Origin: an uncultured Burkholderiaceae bacterium
Lineage (GTDB): Bacteria; Pseudomonadota; Gammaproteobacteria; Burkholderiales; Burkholderiaceae_C
Direction of reading: 5' to 3'
NCBI GenBank assembly: GCA_964531605.1
Contig: CAZHDP010000001.1
Coordinates: 1-35,372 of the forward strand
Length of the DNA stretch: 35,372 nt
The translations under genes and the position numbers were made by a program. The notes beneath the pieces are model-generated. The model saw only the letters and a program-made list of their open reading frames with translations. It had not been told where the DNA came from and did no database searches. Positions 1-8,705 of the stretch are shown here, piece by piece (the stretch's first letter is position 1; each line of letters begins with the position of its first letter).

Positions 1-737
1 CTGGGCCGAGACCTCGTCTATCACCTGGAACAAGTAAGGGTAGTTCATCTCGCCGATGTCGGGTTCGTGGCGCTCAGGCACGCCAGCGATCTGAAAGTGG
101 CCCACCCGACCGGTGGGCAGGTACTGGCGGATCTTCATGGCGACATCGCCCTCGACGATTTGGCAGTGGTACAGGTCCATCTGCACTTTGAGGTTGCTGG
201 CACCCACTTCTTCAATGATGGCGTGGGCATCATCTTGGCGGTTCAGGAAGAAGCGTGGAATGTCGCGGGTGTTGATCGGCTCGATCAGCACATCCCGTCC
301 GTGTTTGGCAGCTTCTGCCGCCGCCCAGCGCAGGTTGGTGACGTAGGTGTTGCGCAGCGTGTTGCGGTCTGCACCCTCGGGCATCAGGCCGGCCATCAGG
401 TGGATGCGGGGACAGTCCAGCACCGCCGCATAGTCTAGCGCCAACGCTACCCCGGCGCGGAATTCGGCTTCACGGCCCGGCAAACTCGCAGTGCCACGGC
501 TGCCGGCCACGTCCCAGGCATGGGCAATGGACGCCTTGTCGGTGCCGCCGGGAGGCGCGTTGAACAACACCTGCTGCAGGCCATTGCCTTTCAGGCGTGC
601 GCTGAGTTCTGCAGCCGTGAATTGGTAGGGGAACAGGTATTCCACCGCTTTGAAGCCTTCCTTGGCTGCCGCTTCAAAGCGGTCCAGGAACGGCAGGTCG
701 GCGTACATCATCGAGAGGTTGGCGGCGAATTGAGGCA
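1..737 (-). CDS. otnI: 2-oxo-tetronate isomerase / hydroxypyruvate isomerase family (TIM-barrel); 3' end runs off the window
   Basis: My own minus-strand translation from the ATG at 737 gives [38 protein letters not shown]...[25 protein letters not shown]...[14 protein letters not shown], typical of the Hyi/OtnI family. It is absent from the ORF track because it has no stop inside the window. It is the last gene after otnK-otnC. Confidence 0.8.
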
Positions 738-747
738 TGGTGGTGTA

Positions 748-776
748 TCGAAGTCGGAGGTCGAATGTCGAAGGTC
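748..776. repeat. Four tandem ~7-bp units (tcgaag tcggagg tcgaatg tcgaagg) in the otnC-otnI spacer
   Basis: Read directly from the sequence. It occupies most of the 52-nt intercistronic gap, where an RBS for otnI would be expected. Confidence 0.5.
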
Positions 777-789
777 TGAGGCGTGTGGC

Positions 790-1488
790 TTACCAACGTG
801 CACCAAAGGTGTCGCGCAGCGCTTGAATCTGGTCACCGTCGAGGGCTGCAGGTCTGGCCTGCGGGTGAATCTGACAGGCCAGGCAAGCCGTCTCTTCCAA
901 CTCTTCCAGGGTGGCCATGGCAGACGCTGGCGAGTCGTGCCACACATTGGGGCCGAGTCGTTCCAGCATCACCGCGCGCAACGGTGTGCCCTGTGCGCCA
1001 TAACGGCCGATGCTGTCGGCCACGGCTTGCGCTGCTTCTGGCGCACCAGGGCGGTGGTACGGAATCACGGGTACGTGGCCGACTTTCATCACGAAGTACG
1101 GCGTCAGCGCGGGCAGCAGCTCAGGGCCGAGCACCGTTGAAACCCAAGGTGGCAGCAAACTCATTTGCACGCAATGCGTGCTGTGGGTGTGGATCACGCA
1201 GCTGACTTTGTCATCAAAAACCCTACTTGCGGCATAGATGGCCTCATGAAGTGCTATCGTTTTGCTAGCGCGATCACCGCTCACTTGGTTTCGCTGGCTG
1301 TCCAACTTGGCCAATCGGGCTGGGTCTAAAAACCCCAAGCAGGCATCGGTAGGGGTGATCAAGAAGCCGCCGCCATCCGAGTCGTCCAAGCGCACGCTGA
1401 TGTTGCCCGCGGTGGCGTGGACGTAGCCACGGTCAAACAGGCTTTTGCCGACGCGGCAGATCGCCTCACGCGCTTGGGTTTCAGTCAT
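790..1488 (-). CDS. otnC: Class II aldolase/adducin-family decarboxylase, 3-oxo-tetronate 4-phosphate decarboxylase-like
   Basis: Within ORF 790..1608, the internal start MTETQAREAICRVGKSLFDRGYVHATAGNISVRL is the typical class II aldolase N-terminus. This ATG at 1488 overlaps the otnK stop as ATGA. It sits in an otnK/otnI/ltnD context. Confidence 0.8.
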   Translation of the reverse strand: MTETQAREAICRVGKSLFDRGYVHATAGNISVRLDDSDGGGFLITPTDACLGFLDPARLAKLDSQRNQVSGDRASKTIALHEAIYAASRVFDDKVSCVIHTHSTHCVQMSLLPPWVSTVLGPELLPALTPYFVMKVGHVPVIPYHRPGAPEAAQAVADSIGRYGAQGTPLRAVMLERLGPNVWHDSPASAMATLEELEETACLACQIHPQARPAALDGDQIQALRDTFGARW

Positions 1489-2759
1489 CACAGTTGTACA
1501 AAGGCTTTGGTGAAAAAGTCGTCTGTGCCAAAGTTGCCTGATTTGAGTGTCAGGTGAATGGCACGTGTGGTGCCGTTTTCCAACACCGTGGTGTGGGCAT
1601 GGCACCACGGCACGCCTGGGTCGATCTGTGGACCGATCTGCATTTGGGCAATGCCCAAGGCCTGTACGCAGGCGCCTGAGGTTTCACCCCCCGCCACAAT
1701 CAATTGGCCCACGCCCAACGCCACCAAGCCGCGTGCGATGGCGGCGATGGTGCGTTCGACCATGGCCCCGGCTTCCTCGACGCCAAGTTGCCCTTGGACG
1801 GCTTTGACGGCCACGGGTTCAGCGGTGGAGTACACCAACACAGGGCCGCCAGACAGCAAGGGTTTGGCCCAATCGAGCGCCTCTTGAACAATGTTGGCGC
1901 CACTGGCCATGCGCAAAGGGTCCAGCGCGAACGCAGGGCGGCCGCTGTCTTTGAAGGCTTGAACCTGCCGATTCGTCGCCGTTGAACAACTGCCCGACAC
2001 CACAGCCTGCAAGCCTTTTGCTGTAGGCAACACACTGGACTGTGCGGACGGTGCCAGTCCGAAGTTTTGCGGCAAACCGATCGCAACCCCCGAACCCGCT
2101 GTCACCAAAGGCATGCCCTGCAGGGCCGGGCCCAGGCGCATCAGGTCGTCGTTGGAAATGGCGTCCACGATGGCCACACGCACGCCTTCGGCGCGCAGCT
2201 GTGCGATGCGCGCTTTCACGGCGGCTGCACCTTGCGCGACCACGGCGTAGTCCAACAAGCCTACCTTGCCCTGGCATTGCGCCTGCATCACACGCACCAG
2301 GTTGGCGTCGGTCATGGGGGTGAGCGGGTGGTTTTGCATGCCGCTCTCGTTGAGCAGCCCATCGCCCGCGAACAAATAGCCCTTGAACACCGTGCGCTTG
2401 TTGTCGGGGAACGCTGGTGTGGCAATCGTGAAGTCGGTGTCCAGCGCCTGCATCAAGGCTTCCGTCACGGGGCCGATGTTGCCCTTTGCCGTGCTGTCAA
2501 AGGTCGAGCAGTATTTGAAGTAAATCTGCTGCGCCCCCTGGCCCTGTAACCATGACAAAGCTTCAAGCGACTGGGCCACGGCGTCAGCCGGGGCAATGGT
2601 GCGTGACTTGAGTGCCACCACCACCGCATCAACGTCGGCCAACAGCCGGCCATCAGGCACACCGATGGTCTGCACCACCCGCATGCCCGAACGAACCAAG
2701 TTATTGGCCAGGTCCGTGGCGCCGGTGAAATCGTCTGCAATACAACCAAGTTTCAACAC
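1488..2759 (-). CDS. otnK: Four-carbon acid-sugar kinase (DUF1537 family), 3-oxo-tetronate kinase-like
   Basis: ORF 1488..2855. The family N-terminus (V)LKLGCIADDFTGATDLANNLV starts at a GTG at 2759, preceded by AAGGAG 7 nt upstream and directly after the dctM stop. The rest matches the DUF1537 N- and C-domains. Confidence 0.8.
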   Translation of the reverse strand: MLKLGCIADDFTGATDLANNLVRSGMRVVQTIGVPDGRLLADVDAVVVALKSRTIAPADAVAQSLEALSWLQGQGAQQIYFKYCSTFDSTAKGNIGPVTEALMQALDTDFTIATPAFPDNKRTVFKGYLFAGDGLLNESGMQNHPLTPMTDANLVRVMQAQCQGKVGLLDYAVVAQGAAAVKARIAQLRAEGVRVAIVDAISNDDLMRLGPALQGMPLVTAGSGVAIGLPQNFGLAPSAQSSVLPTAKGLQAVVSGSCSTATNRQVQAFKDSGRPAFALDPLRMASGANIVQEALDWAKPLLSGGPVLVYSTAEPVAVKAVQGQLGVEEAGAMVERTIAAIARGLVALGVGQLIVAGGETSGACVQALGIAQMQIGPQIDPGVPWCHAHTTVLENGTTRAIHLTLKSGNFGTDDFFTKAFVQL

Positions 2760-2770
2760 CTGCGTGCTCC

Positions 2771-4063
2771 TTATTTGAAGCCCATCACATGGGGCAACCA
2801 ATTTGAAAGCGCAGGAATGAACGTCAACAACATCAGCACCACGCCATGGGCCCACAAGAAAGGCTTGAGCTCACGCGTCAAATCAGACAAAGGCACTTTG
2901 GACACATTGGACGTGACGAACAGCAAGCCACCCACAGGCGGGGTGATCATCCCCAGCGTGAGGTTGAAGATCACCACCATCGCAAAGTGAATCGGATCGA
3001 CACCGAGTTTGGCGGCCACTGGCGCCAGAATGGGCACCAGCACCATCACACCCGGCAAGGGCTCGATGAAGATGCCGAACAGCAGCAAAAAGATGTTGAT
3101 GACGATCAGGAAAGTCCATGCATTGAGGTGCATGTCCACGATCCAGCCTGCCACCATTTGTGGCACGCTTTCAATCGTCAGCACCCACGCGAAAGAAGCC
3201 GACATGCCGATGATGATGAGCACCGAGGCCGTCAACAGTGCCGAGCGTGACAAGATGTCGGGCACAGCCTTCCACTCGAGCGTGCGGTACCAGTATTTGC
3301 CCACAATCAAGGCGTAAAAAACCGCCACCACCGAGGCCTCGGTCGGTGTGAACCAACCGGCGCGCATGCCACCCAAAATCAGCACGGGCAGCAAGATGGC
3401 GGGCATGGCTTGCCAGCTGGTCGCCATGATTTCAGGCCAGGTGGGCAGTTCACCATCCCCTTTGTAGTTGCGCTGTTTAGAGACGTACCAGTTCACCACG
3501 CACATGGCCACGGCGATCATGATGCCGGGTATCAAGCCTGCGATGAACAGCGCGCCCACGGACACGTTGTCGTCTGCCAAGGCATAGATGATCATGATGA
3601 TCGACGGCGGGATGATAGGGCCCACGATGGCAGTGGACGCGGTCAGCGCCGCCGCGTAGGCGCGCCCGTAACCCGCCTTGTCCATCATGCGGATCATCAT
3701 GGCGCCAGGACCAGCGGCATCCGCCAGCGCGGAGCCCGAAATGCCCGAGAAAAAGGTCAGAGACACCACGTTGGTGTACCCCAGTCCGCCCCGCTTGTGG
3801 CCAACGAACTGGCCTGCGAACTTGAGCAACACTTCGGTCAACGAGCCACCACTCATCAACTCAGCCGCCAAGATGAAAAACGGTACTGCCATCAAGGGAA
3901 AGCTGTCGATGCCCGTGAAGGTCTCTTTCAACAACACGAGCATGGGGAAGTTGCCCGACACCAACAAGGCCGTGATGGTGGACAAACCCAGTGCAAACGC
4001 AACGGGCACACCGATGGCCAAGTAAATGCAGGCCGAAATCAAGAGGATGACACTGGCACTCAT
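2771..4063 (-). CDS. dctM: TRAP transporter large permease subunit (DctM family)
   Basis: 430-aa polytopic membrane protein with typical DctM sequence (MSASVILLISACIYLAIGVPVAFALG...). Its start overlaps the dctQ stop as ATGA. Confidence 0.9.
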   Translation of the reverse strand: MSASVILLISACIYLAIGVPVAFALGLSTITALLVSGNFPMLVLLKETFTGIDSFPLMAVPFFILAAELMSGGSLTEVLLKFAGQFVGHKRGGLGYTNVVSLTFFSGISGSALADAAGPGAMMIRMMDKAGYGRAYAAALTASTAIVGPIIPPSIIMIIYALADDNVSVGALFIAGLIPGIMIAVAMCVVNWYVSKQRNYKGDGELPTWPEIMATSWQAMPAILLPVLILGGMRAGWFTPTEASVVAVFYALIVGKYWYRTLEWKAVPDILSRSALLTASVLIIIGMSASFAWVLTIESVPQMVAGWIVDMHLNAWTFLIVINIFLLLFGIFIEPLPGVMVLVPILAPVAAKLGVDPIHFAMVVIFNLTLGMITPPVGGLLFVTSNVSKVPLSDLTRELKPFLWAHGVVLMLLTFIPALSNWLPHVMGFK

Positions 4064-4572
4064 AGGGATGCGCTCGCAGTCGCGTCGAAGTGTTCGTCAG
4101 AGGCGAACTTGCGGTCCACCACATAGCCTTTGACGATCAACAAGAGGTGGATGATGGACATCGCTGCCCCGATGGGCAGCGACGCGTAAATGAAGGCGAA
4201 CGAAATCTGCGTCGCTGGGGTCTGTTGGTATTGGGTACGGTCCAGGTATTCCAATCCGAACCACACGAAGAAAGCGAAGAACGCAAACATCAACAAGGCG
4301 ATCACCAAACGAATGGCCTGGGCCATGGGACGTGGCAACACGTCCTGCAAATTTTCGACGGCGATGTGCCCACCGTAGCGCAGCACAGGGCCACAGCCAA
4401 TGAAGGTGAGCCAGATCATCAAGTGACGTGCCACCTCTTCGGCCCATTCAATCGATTGGCTGGTCAGGTAGCGCAGGCCCACGTTGGCAAAAATGATGAC
4501 CGACATCACCGCCAAGATGATGATCAGCAGCCAGCGATTGGCTGCCATGAAGTAGCGTTCAAACGTTTCCAC
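4060..4572 (-). CDS. dctQ: TRAP transporter small permease subunit (DctQ family)
   Basis: 170-aa four-TM protein lying between dctP and dctM, with DctQ-like sequence (ANRWLLIIILAVMSVIIFANVGLRY). Confidence 0.85.
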   Translation of the reverse strand: METFERYFMAANRWLLIIILAVMSVIIFANVGLRYLTSQSIEWAEEVARHLMIWLTFIGCGPVLRYGGHIAVENLQDVLPRPMAQAIRLVIALLMFAFFAFFVWFGLEYLDRTQYQQTPATQISFAFIYASLPIGAAMSIIHLLLIVKGYVVDRKFASDEHFDATASASL

Positions 4573-4591
4573 AATTGACTTTCAAGTGAAA

Positions 4592-4619
4592 CAAAAAATC
4601 CCCGAGGGTGACCTCGGGG
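4592..4619 (-). terminator. Intercistronic hairpin plus U-run between dctP and dctQ (attenuator or partial terminator)
   Basis: On the minus strand: CCCCGAGG-tcac-CCTCGGGG followed by ATTTTTTGTTT. The stem is 8 bp (4600-4607 paired with 4612-4619). Confidence 0.6.
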
Positions 4620-4645
4620 AGCGTTCACAGCATTTCCGTGTTGTC

Positions 4646-5611
4646 TTATTTGACGTCTTGGATCTTGCGGATGTTGTCTGCGCCGAATTCTTTGGCGTAA
4701 TTGGCGTAGGCGGGCTTCAAGGCATCACGGAAGGCTTGACCGTCCACCTTGGTGACCACGCTCATGCCGTCTTTTTCCAGTTGAGCGATGCCATTGTTTT
4801 CGTCTTCGTTGACCTTTTTACGCTGTGCAACGGAGGCGTGCTTTGCTGCTTCGTAGAACACCTTTTTGTCGGCATCGCTCAGCTTGTTCATCAGTCGGGG
4901 CGACGTGATGATCAAGGCTGGGGAGTACACGTGACCCGTCAAAGACAAGTGCTTTTGCACTTGCGAAAACTTGGATGCCAAAATCACGGGGATTGGGTTC
5001 TCTTGGCCATCCACAGTGCCTTGTTGCAACGCACCAAACACTTCAGGGAAAGCCATGGGCGTAGGCTGGATGCCAAAGGTACGGTAGCCTTCCATGTGCA
5101 CCTTGTTTTCCATCGTGCGCATCTTCAGGCCAGAGGCGTCAGCAGGCTTGACGATGGCGCGTTTGCTGTTGGTCATGTGACGGAAGCCGTTTTCCGTCCA
5201 AGCCAGAGCCACCAAGCCTTTGGCAGGGAACTTGGTCAAGATGTCCTGGCCAATGGGGCCGTCCATCACTTTGCGTGCGTGGTCATAGTCGCGGAATAAG
5301 AAGGGAATGTCCACGATCTTCACTTCAGGCACGAAGTTGCCGACAGGGCCAGTAGACGTGTTCACCAAATCCAGCGTGCCAAGTTGCACCGCTTCAATCA
5401 TTTCACGCTCACCACCCAACGAGCTGCTGGGGAACTGTTGGCACTTGTAGCGGCCTTGTGTGCCCTTTTCAATGTCATCGCAAAAAGCGGTGGAACCCAC
5501 ACCATAGTGTGAGGCTTGGGTGGTGGCATAACCGATTTTGAGGACCGTTTGGGCCTGTACGGCAGACAGGCCTGTGGCGGCCAGAACCAGCGCGATGGCT
5601 TTGAGTTTCAT
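4646..5611 (-). CDS. dctP: TRAP transporter substrate-binding protein (DctP family)
   Basis: Within ORF 4646..5677, the internal start MKLKAIALVLAATGLSAVQAQ is a signal peptide and is preceded by AGGAGA. The DctP-family body reads TVLKIGYATTQASHYGVG... Confidence 0.85.
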   Translation of the reverse strand: MKLKAIALVLAATGLSAVQAQTVLKIGYATTQASHYGVGSTAFCDDIEKGTQGRYKCQQFPSSSLGGEREMIEAVQLGTLDLVNTSTGPVGNFVPEVKIVDIPFLFRDYDHARKVMDGPIGQDILTKFPAKGLVALAWTENGFRHMTNSKRAIVKPADASGLKMRTMENKVHMEGYRTFGIQPTPMAFPEVFGALQQGTVDGQENPIPVILASKFSQVQKHLSLTGHVYSPALIITSPRLMNKLSDADKKVFYEAAKHASVAQRKKVNEDENNGIAQLEKDGMSVVTKVDGQAFRDALKPAYANYAKEFGADNIRKIQDVK

Positions 5612-5726
5612 GGGGATGTCTCCTAAAGAAAAAGGGAAGAAAAATCGTTTGCGCTCGCTATTGTCCAGGATACGCAAGGGTTTGCAGTGTGGGCTTTGCT
5701 TAGATTCCTCAGGGCAGCAAACCAGG

Positions 5727-6725
5727 TCAATTGAGCGTCAGGTTGCCTTTGCGGATCACGTCCGCCCATTTGTCGACCTCTTTGGCCATGCGGGTTTGAG
5801 CTGCTTCGGCAGTCCCTCCCCGAATCACCACGCCCAAGGTGGCGAGTTTGTCGATCACGTCGTCTCTTTTCAAAATGGCGTTCACTTCTCTGTTCAACAC
5901 CGCGATCACGTCTGCTGGTGTTTTGGCAGGCGTGAACAGCGTGTAGTTGGTGGCCGTCTCGTAGCCCGGGAGGCCTGCTTCCGCAAAAGTGGGCACATCG
6001 GGCAAGGTGTTGGACCGTGTGGCACTGGCCACAGCCAATGCGCGCGTTTTGCCTGCCCGGATGTTGGCCAGGTGGGCTGGAATGCTGTCGATCGACATGG
6101 GTATCCGGCCCGAGATCAAGTCTGGCAAAAATTGGGCGGTGCCTCGGTAAGGCACGTGGACGATGTCGACGCCAGCCATTTGTTTGAACATCTCCGCATT
6201 CAGGTGTTGCAAACCCCCGAGGCCAGATGACGCAAAGCTCAGTTCTCCGGGCTTTGATTTGGCCAAAGCGATCAGCTCTTTCAGGTTTTTGGCAGGCAGG
6301 TCGGCATTCACGATCAAGCCGACGGTGCCGTAACCTACTTCAACCACAGGCTGTAAATCGCGCTGAAGGTCAAAAGACAAGCTCTTGTGCACGTGCGGGG
6401 CAATCGCGTAGTCCACCATGCTGCCCAGCATCAGCGTGTAGCCATCGGGGGCGCTGCGAGCCAGTGCTGCTGCGCCGATGGTGGCACCCGCACCAGGCTT
6501 GTTGTCCACGGTGACAGACTGGCCCAGCCGCACACCCAGGCGTTCAGCGATGAGCCTGGCGACCGTGTCCACACCGCCGCCGGCCGGGTAGGGCGCGATC
6601 AGGGTGATGGGTTTGCCCGGCCACTGCTGCTGCGCCCAGACAGACGGCCCCACCGAAGTGGTGACTAAGCCTGCAGCCAACGCTGACAACGACCGTGTGA
6701 AATGCCGACGAGTGGACAAAGTCAT
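5727..6725 (-). CDS. Bug/TctC-family tripartite tricarboxylate-type periplasmic binding protein
   Basis: Signal peptide followed by WPGKPITLIAPYPAGGGVDTVARL and VPYRGTAQ motifs, both typical of the Bug family. Confidence 0.85.
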   Translation of the reverse strand: MTLSTRRHFTRSLSALAAGLVTTSVGPSVWAQQQWPGKPITLIAPYPAGGGVDTVARLIAERLGVRLGQSVTVDNKPGAGATIGAAALARSAPDGYTLMLGSMVDYAIAPHVHKSLSFDLQRDLQPVVEVGYGTVGLIVNADLPAKNLKELIALAKSKPGELSFASSGLGGLQHLNAEMFKQMAGVDIVHVPYRGTAQFLPDLISGRIPMSIDSIPAHLANIRAGKTRALAVASATRSNTLPDVPTFAEAGLPGYETATNYTLFTPAKTPADVIAVLNREVNAILKRDDVIDKLATLGVVIRGGTAEAAQTRMAKEVDKWADVIRKGNLTLN

Positions 6726-6742
6726 GGCTGCGCTTCCTGCGT

Positions 6743-7675
6743 TCAGGGTTTGGTGGGCAACTCGATGCCCGGGAAAATTTTGATCACGGCGCTGTCGTCT
6801 TCACGCGCAAACCCAGCGGTGGACGCTTGCATGAACATCTGGTGCGCGGTGCTGGACAAGGGCAACGGAAATTTGCTGGCCCGGGCCACGTCAAGAACCA
6901 AGCCCAGGTCTTTCACAAAGATGTCCACCGCAGACAGGGGGGTGTAGTCGGCTGCAAGCACGTGCGCCATGCGGTTTTCAAACATCCAACTGTTGCCCGC
7001 ACTGTGGGTGATGACATCGTAGAGCGCGTGTGCATCAACACCTTCACGCAGACCCAGCGCCATGGCTTCTGCAGCAGCAGCAATGTGCACACCTGCCAAC
7101 AGTTGGTTGATGATCTTGACCTTGCTGCCGGCGCCGGCTTTGTCACCCAATCGGTACACCTTGGCTGCCATGGCGTCCAAGACCGGATTGGCGATGGCAT
7201 AGGCGGCGGGTTTGCCAGCCGTCATCATCGTCATGTCACCGCTGGCGGCTTTGGCTGCACCGCCTGAGATCGGTGCGTCGATGTAATGCACACCCAGCGC
7301 CTCCAGGCGCGCTTCGAGTGCCACGGACCAGTTGGGGTCCACGGTGGAGCACATGATGAAAACGCTGCCCGCTTTGAGGGTGCTTGCGCAACCGGTACCG
7401 TCGTTGTTCGGTCCAAAAAGCACGCTTTCGGTTTGTGCGGCATTCACCACGACCGACACCACCACATCGCAGGTGGCGCCCAGTTCTGCCAAGGTGGCGC
7501 AAGCCTTGCCACCTTGTGCTGCGAAGGCTTGTGCGACCTCGGTGCGGATGTCGAACACGGCGACATCATGGCCTTTTCGGCGCAAAGAGCCGGCCATGCC
7601 TGCGCCCATGGCGCCCAGGCCAATCACGCCAATGTGGAGGGGGGCGGCGTTGCCGCCGGTGTTGCTTGCTGTCAT
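6743..7675 (-). CDS. ltnD: NAD-dependent beta-hydroxyacid dehydrogenase (HIBADH family), L-threonate dehydrogenase-like
   Basis: Within ORF 6743..7930, the internal start MTASNTGGNAAPLHIGVIGLGAMGAGMAGSL carries a Rossmann GxGxxG motif. The upstream extension is Arg-rich shadow sequence. It is the first gene of the otn operon. Confidence 0.75.
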   Translation of the reverse strand: MTASNTGGNAAPLHIGVIGLGAMGAGMAGSLRRKGHDVAVFDIRTEVAQAFAAQGGKACATLAELGATCDVVVSVVVNAAQTESVLFGPNNDGTGCASTLKAGSVFIMCSTVDPNWSVALEARLEALGVHYIDAPISGGAAKAASGDMTMMTAGKPAAYAIANPVLDAMAAKVYRLGDKAGAGSKVKIINQLLAGVHIAAAAEAMALGLREGVDAHALYDVITHSAGNSWMFENRMAHVLAADYTPLSAVDIFVKDLGLVLDVARASKFPLPLSSTAHQMFMQASTAGFAREDDSAVIKIFPGIELPTKP

Positions 7676-7707
7676 GCCTAGGGTTCCTGAGGAGAGGGTC
7701 GACGTGG

Positions 7708-8688
7708 TCAGTCGAGTGTGATGTTGGCGAAGGCGGCGACCCGCTTCCACTTGGAGGCATCGGCGTTCATGAAAGAGGCCATCGCTTTGTTGTCCATGTA
7801 GGCGGGTTCGGCCCCTTGCTTTTGCAGGCTGGCAACCACGTCCGTTTGTTTGCTGATTTTTTCCAAGGCTTGTTCCAACCGGTTGACCACGGTGGCTGGC
7901 GTGCCTGCGGGCGCGGCCAGGCCGAACCATGCACTGACGTCAAAACCGGGTACGCCGGCTTCCACCATGGTGGGTACATCAGGCAGGGCTTTGCTGCGTT
8001 GGGGAGTCGTGACCGCCAGCGCACGCAAGGTGCCCGCCTGGATTTGCCCCATGGCGGAGGGCAGGTTGTCAAACATCATGTCCACCTCACCGGCCAGCAG
8101 CGCCGTGATGCCCGCCGCCGCACCGCGGTAGGGGATGTGGGTCACAAACGCACCGCTGGTGTTTTTGTACAACTCCGCGCTGAGGTGCAGCGAAGTGCCA
8201 TTGCCGTTGGAGGCGTAATTCAATTTGCCTGGCGACGCGATCGCCTTGGCGGTCAGTTGTTGCACGCTGGTCACGTCGGTGCCTGCTTTCACCAGCAGCA
8301 CGTTGGGCACCCGGCCCAAGAGCGCAACCGGCATGAGCTGCTCAGGCTTGTACGGCAAGCTTTTGTAGAGTGCCGGGCTGATGGTCAGGGGTGGCGAGGC
8401 CATCAAGAGGGTGTAGCCGTCCGCGCTGGCACGTGCAGCCTCTGCCGCACCCACATTGCCGCCTGCACCGGGTTTGTTGTCGATCACCACCGCTTGCCCC
8501 AATTCCTGTGACAAGCGCGGGCCAATCAAGCGGGCCATGTTGTCAATCAAGCCGCCCGGGGGGAACGGAACCACCAACCGAAGGGGTTTGGTGGGCCAAG
8601 TTTGGGCCATCGCCGTCGGTGCAACGGCCAACAGGGCCAGCAGGCCGACCCCACACCACAGGGTTGAACGACGCGAGGTTGGGGCCAT
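7708..8688 (-). CDS. Bug/TctC-family periplasmic binding protein
   Basis: MAPTSRRSTLWCGVGLLALLAVAPTAMAQTWPTKPLRLVVPFPPGG. An alternative start at 8721 would overlap the upstream MBL gene by 16 nt. Confidence 0.85.
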   Translation of the reverse strand: MAPTSRRSTLWCGVGLLALLAVAPTAMAQTWPTKPLRLVVPFPPGGLIDNMARLIGPRLSQELGQAVVIDNKPGAGGNVGAAEAARASADGYTLLMASPPLTISPALYKSLPYKPEQLMPVALLGRVPNVLLVKAGTDVTSVQQLTAKAIASPGKLNYASNGNGTSLHLSAELYKNTSGAFVTHIPYRGAAAGITALLAGEVDMMFDNLPSAMGQIQAGTLRALAVTTPQRSKALPDVPTMVEAGVPGFDVSAWFGLAAPAGTPATVVNRLEQALEKISKQTDVVASLQKQGAEPAYMDNKAMASFMNADASKWKRVAAFANITLD

Positions 8689-8705
8689 GCCGTTGGCCTT
8701 GCGTG

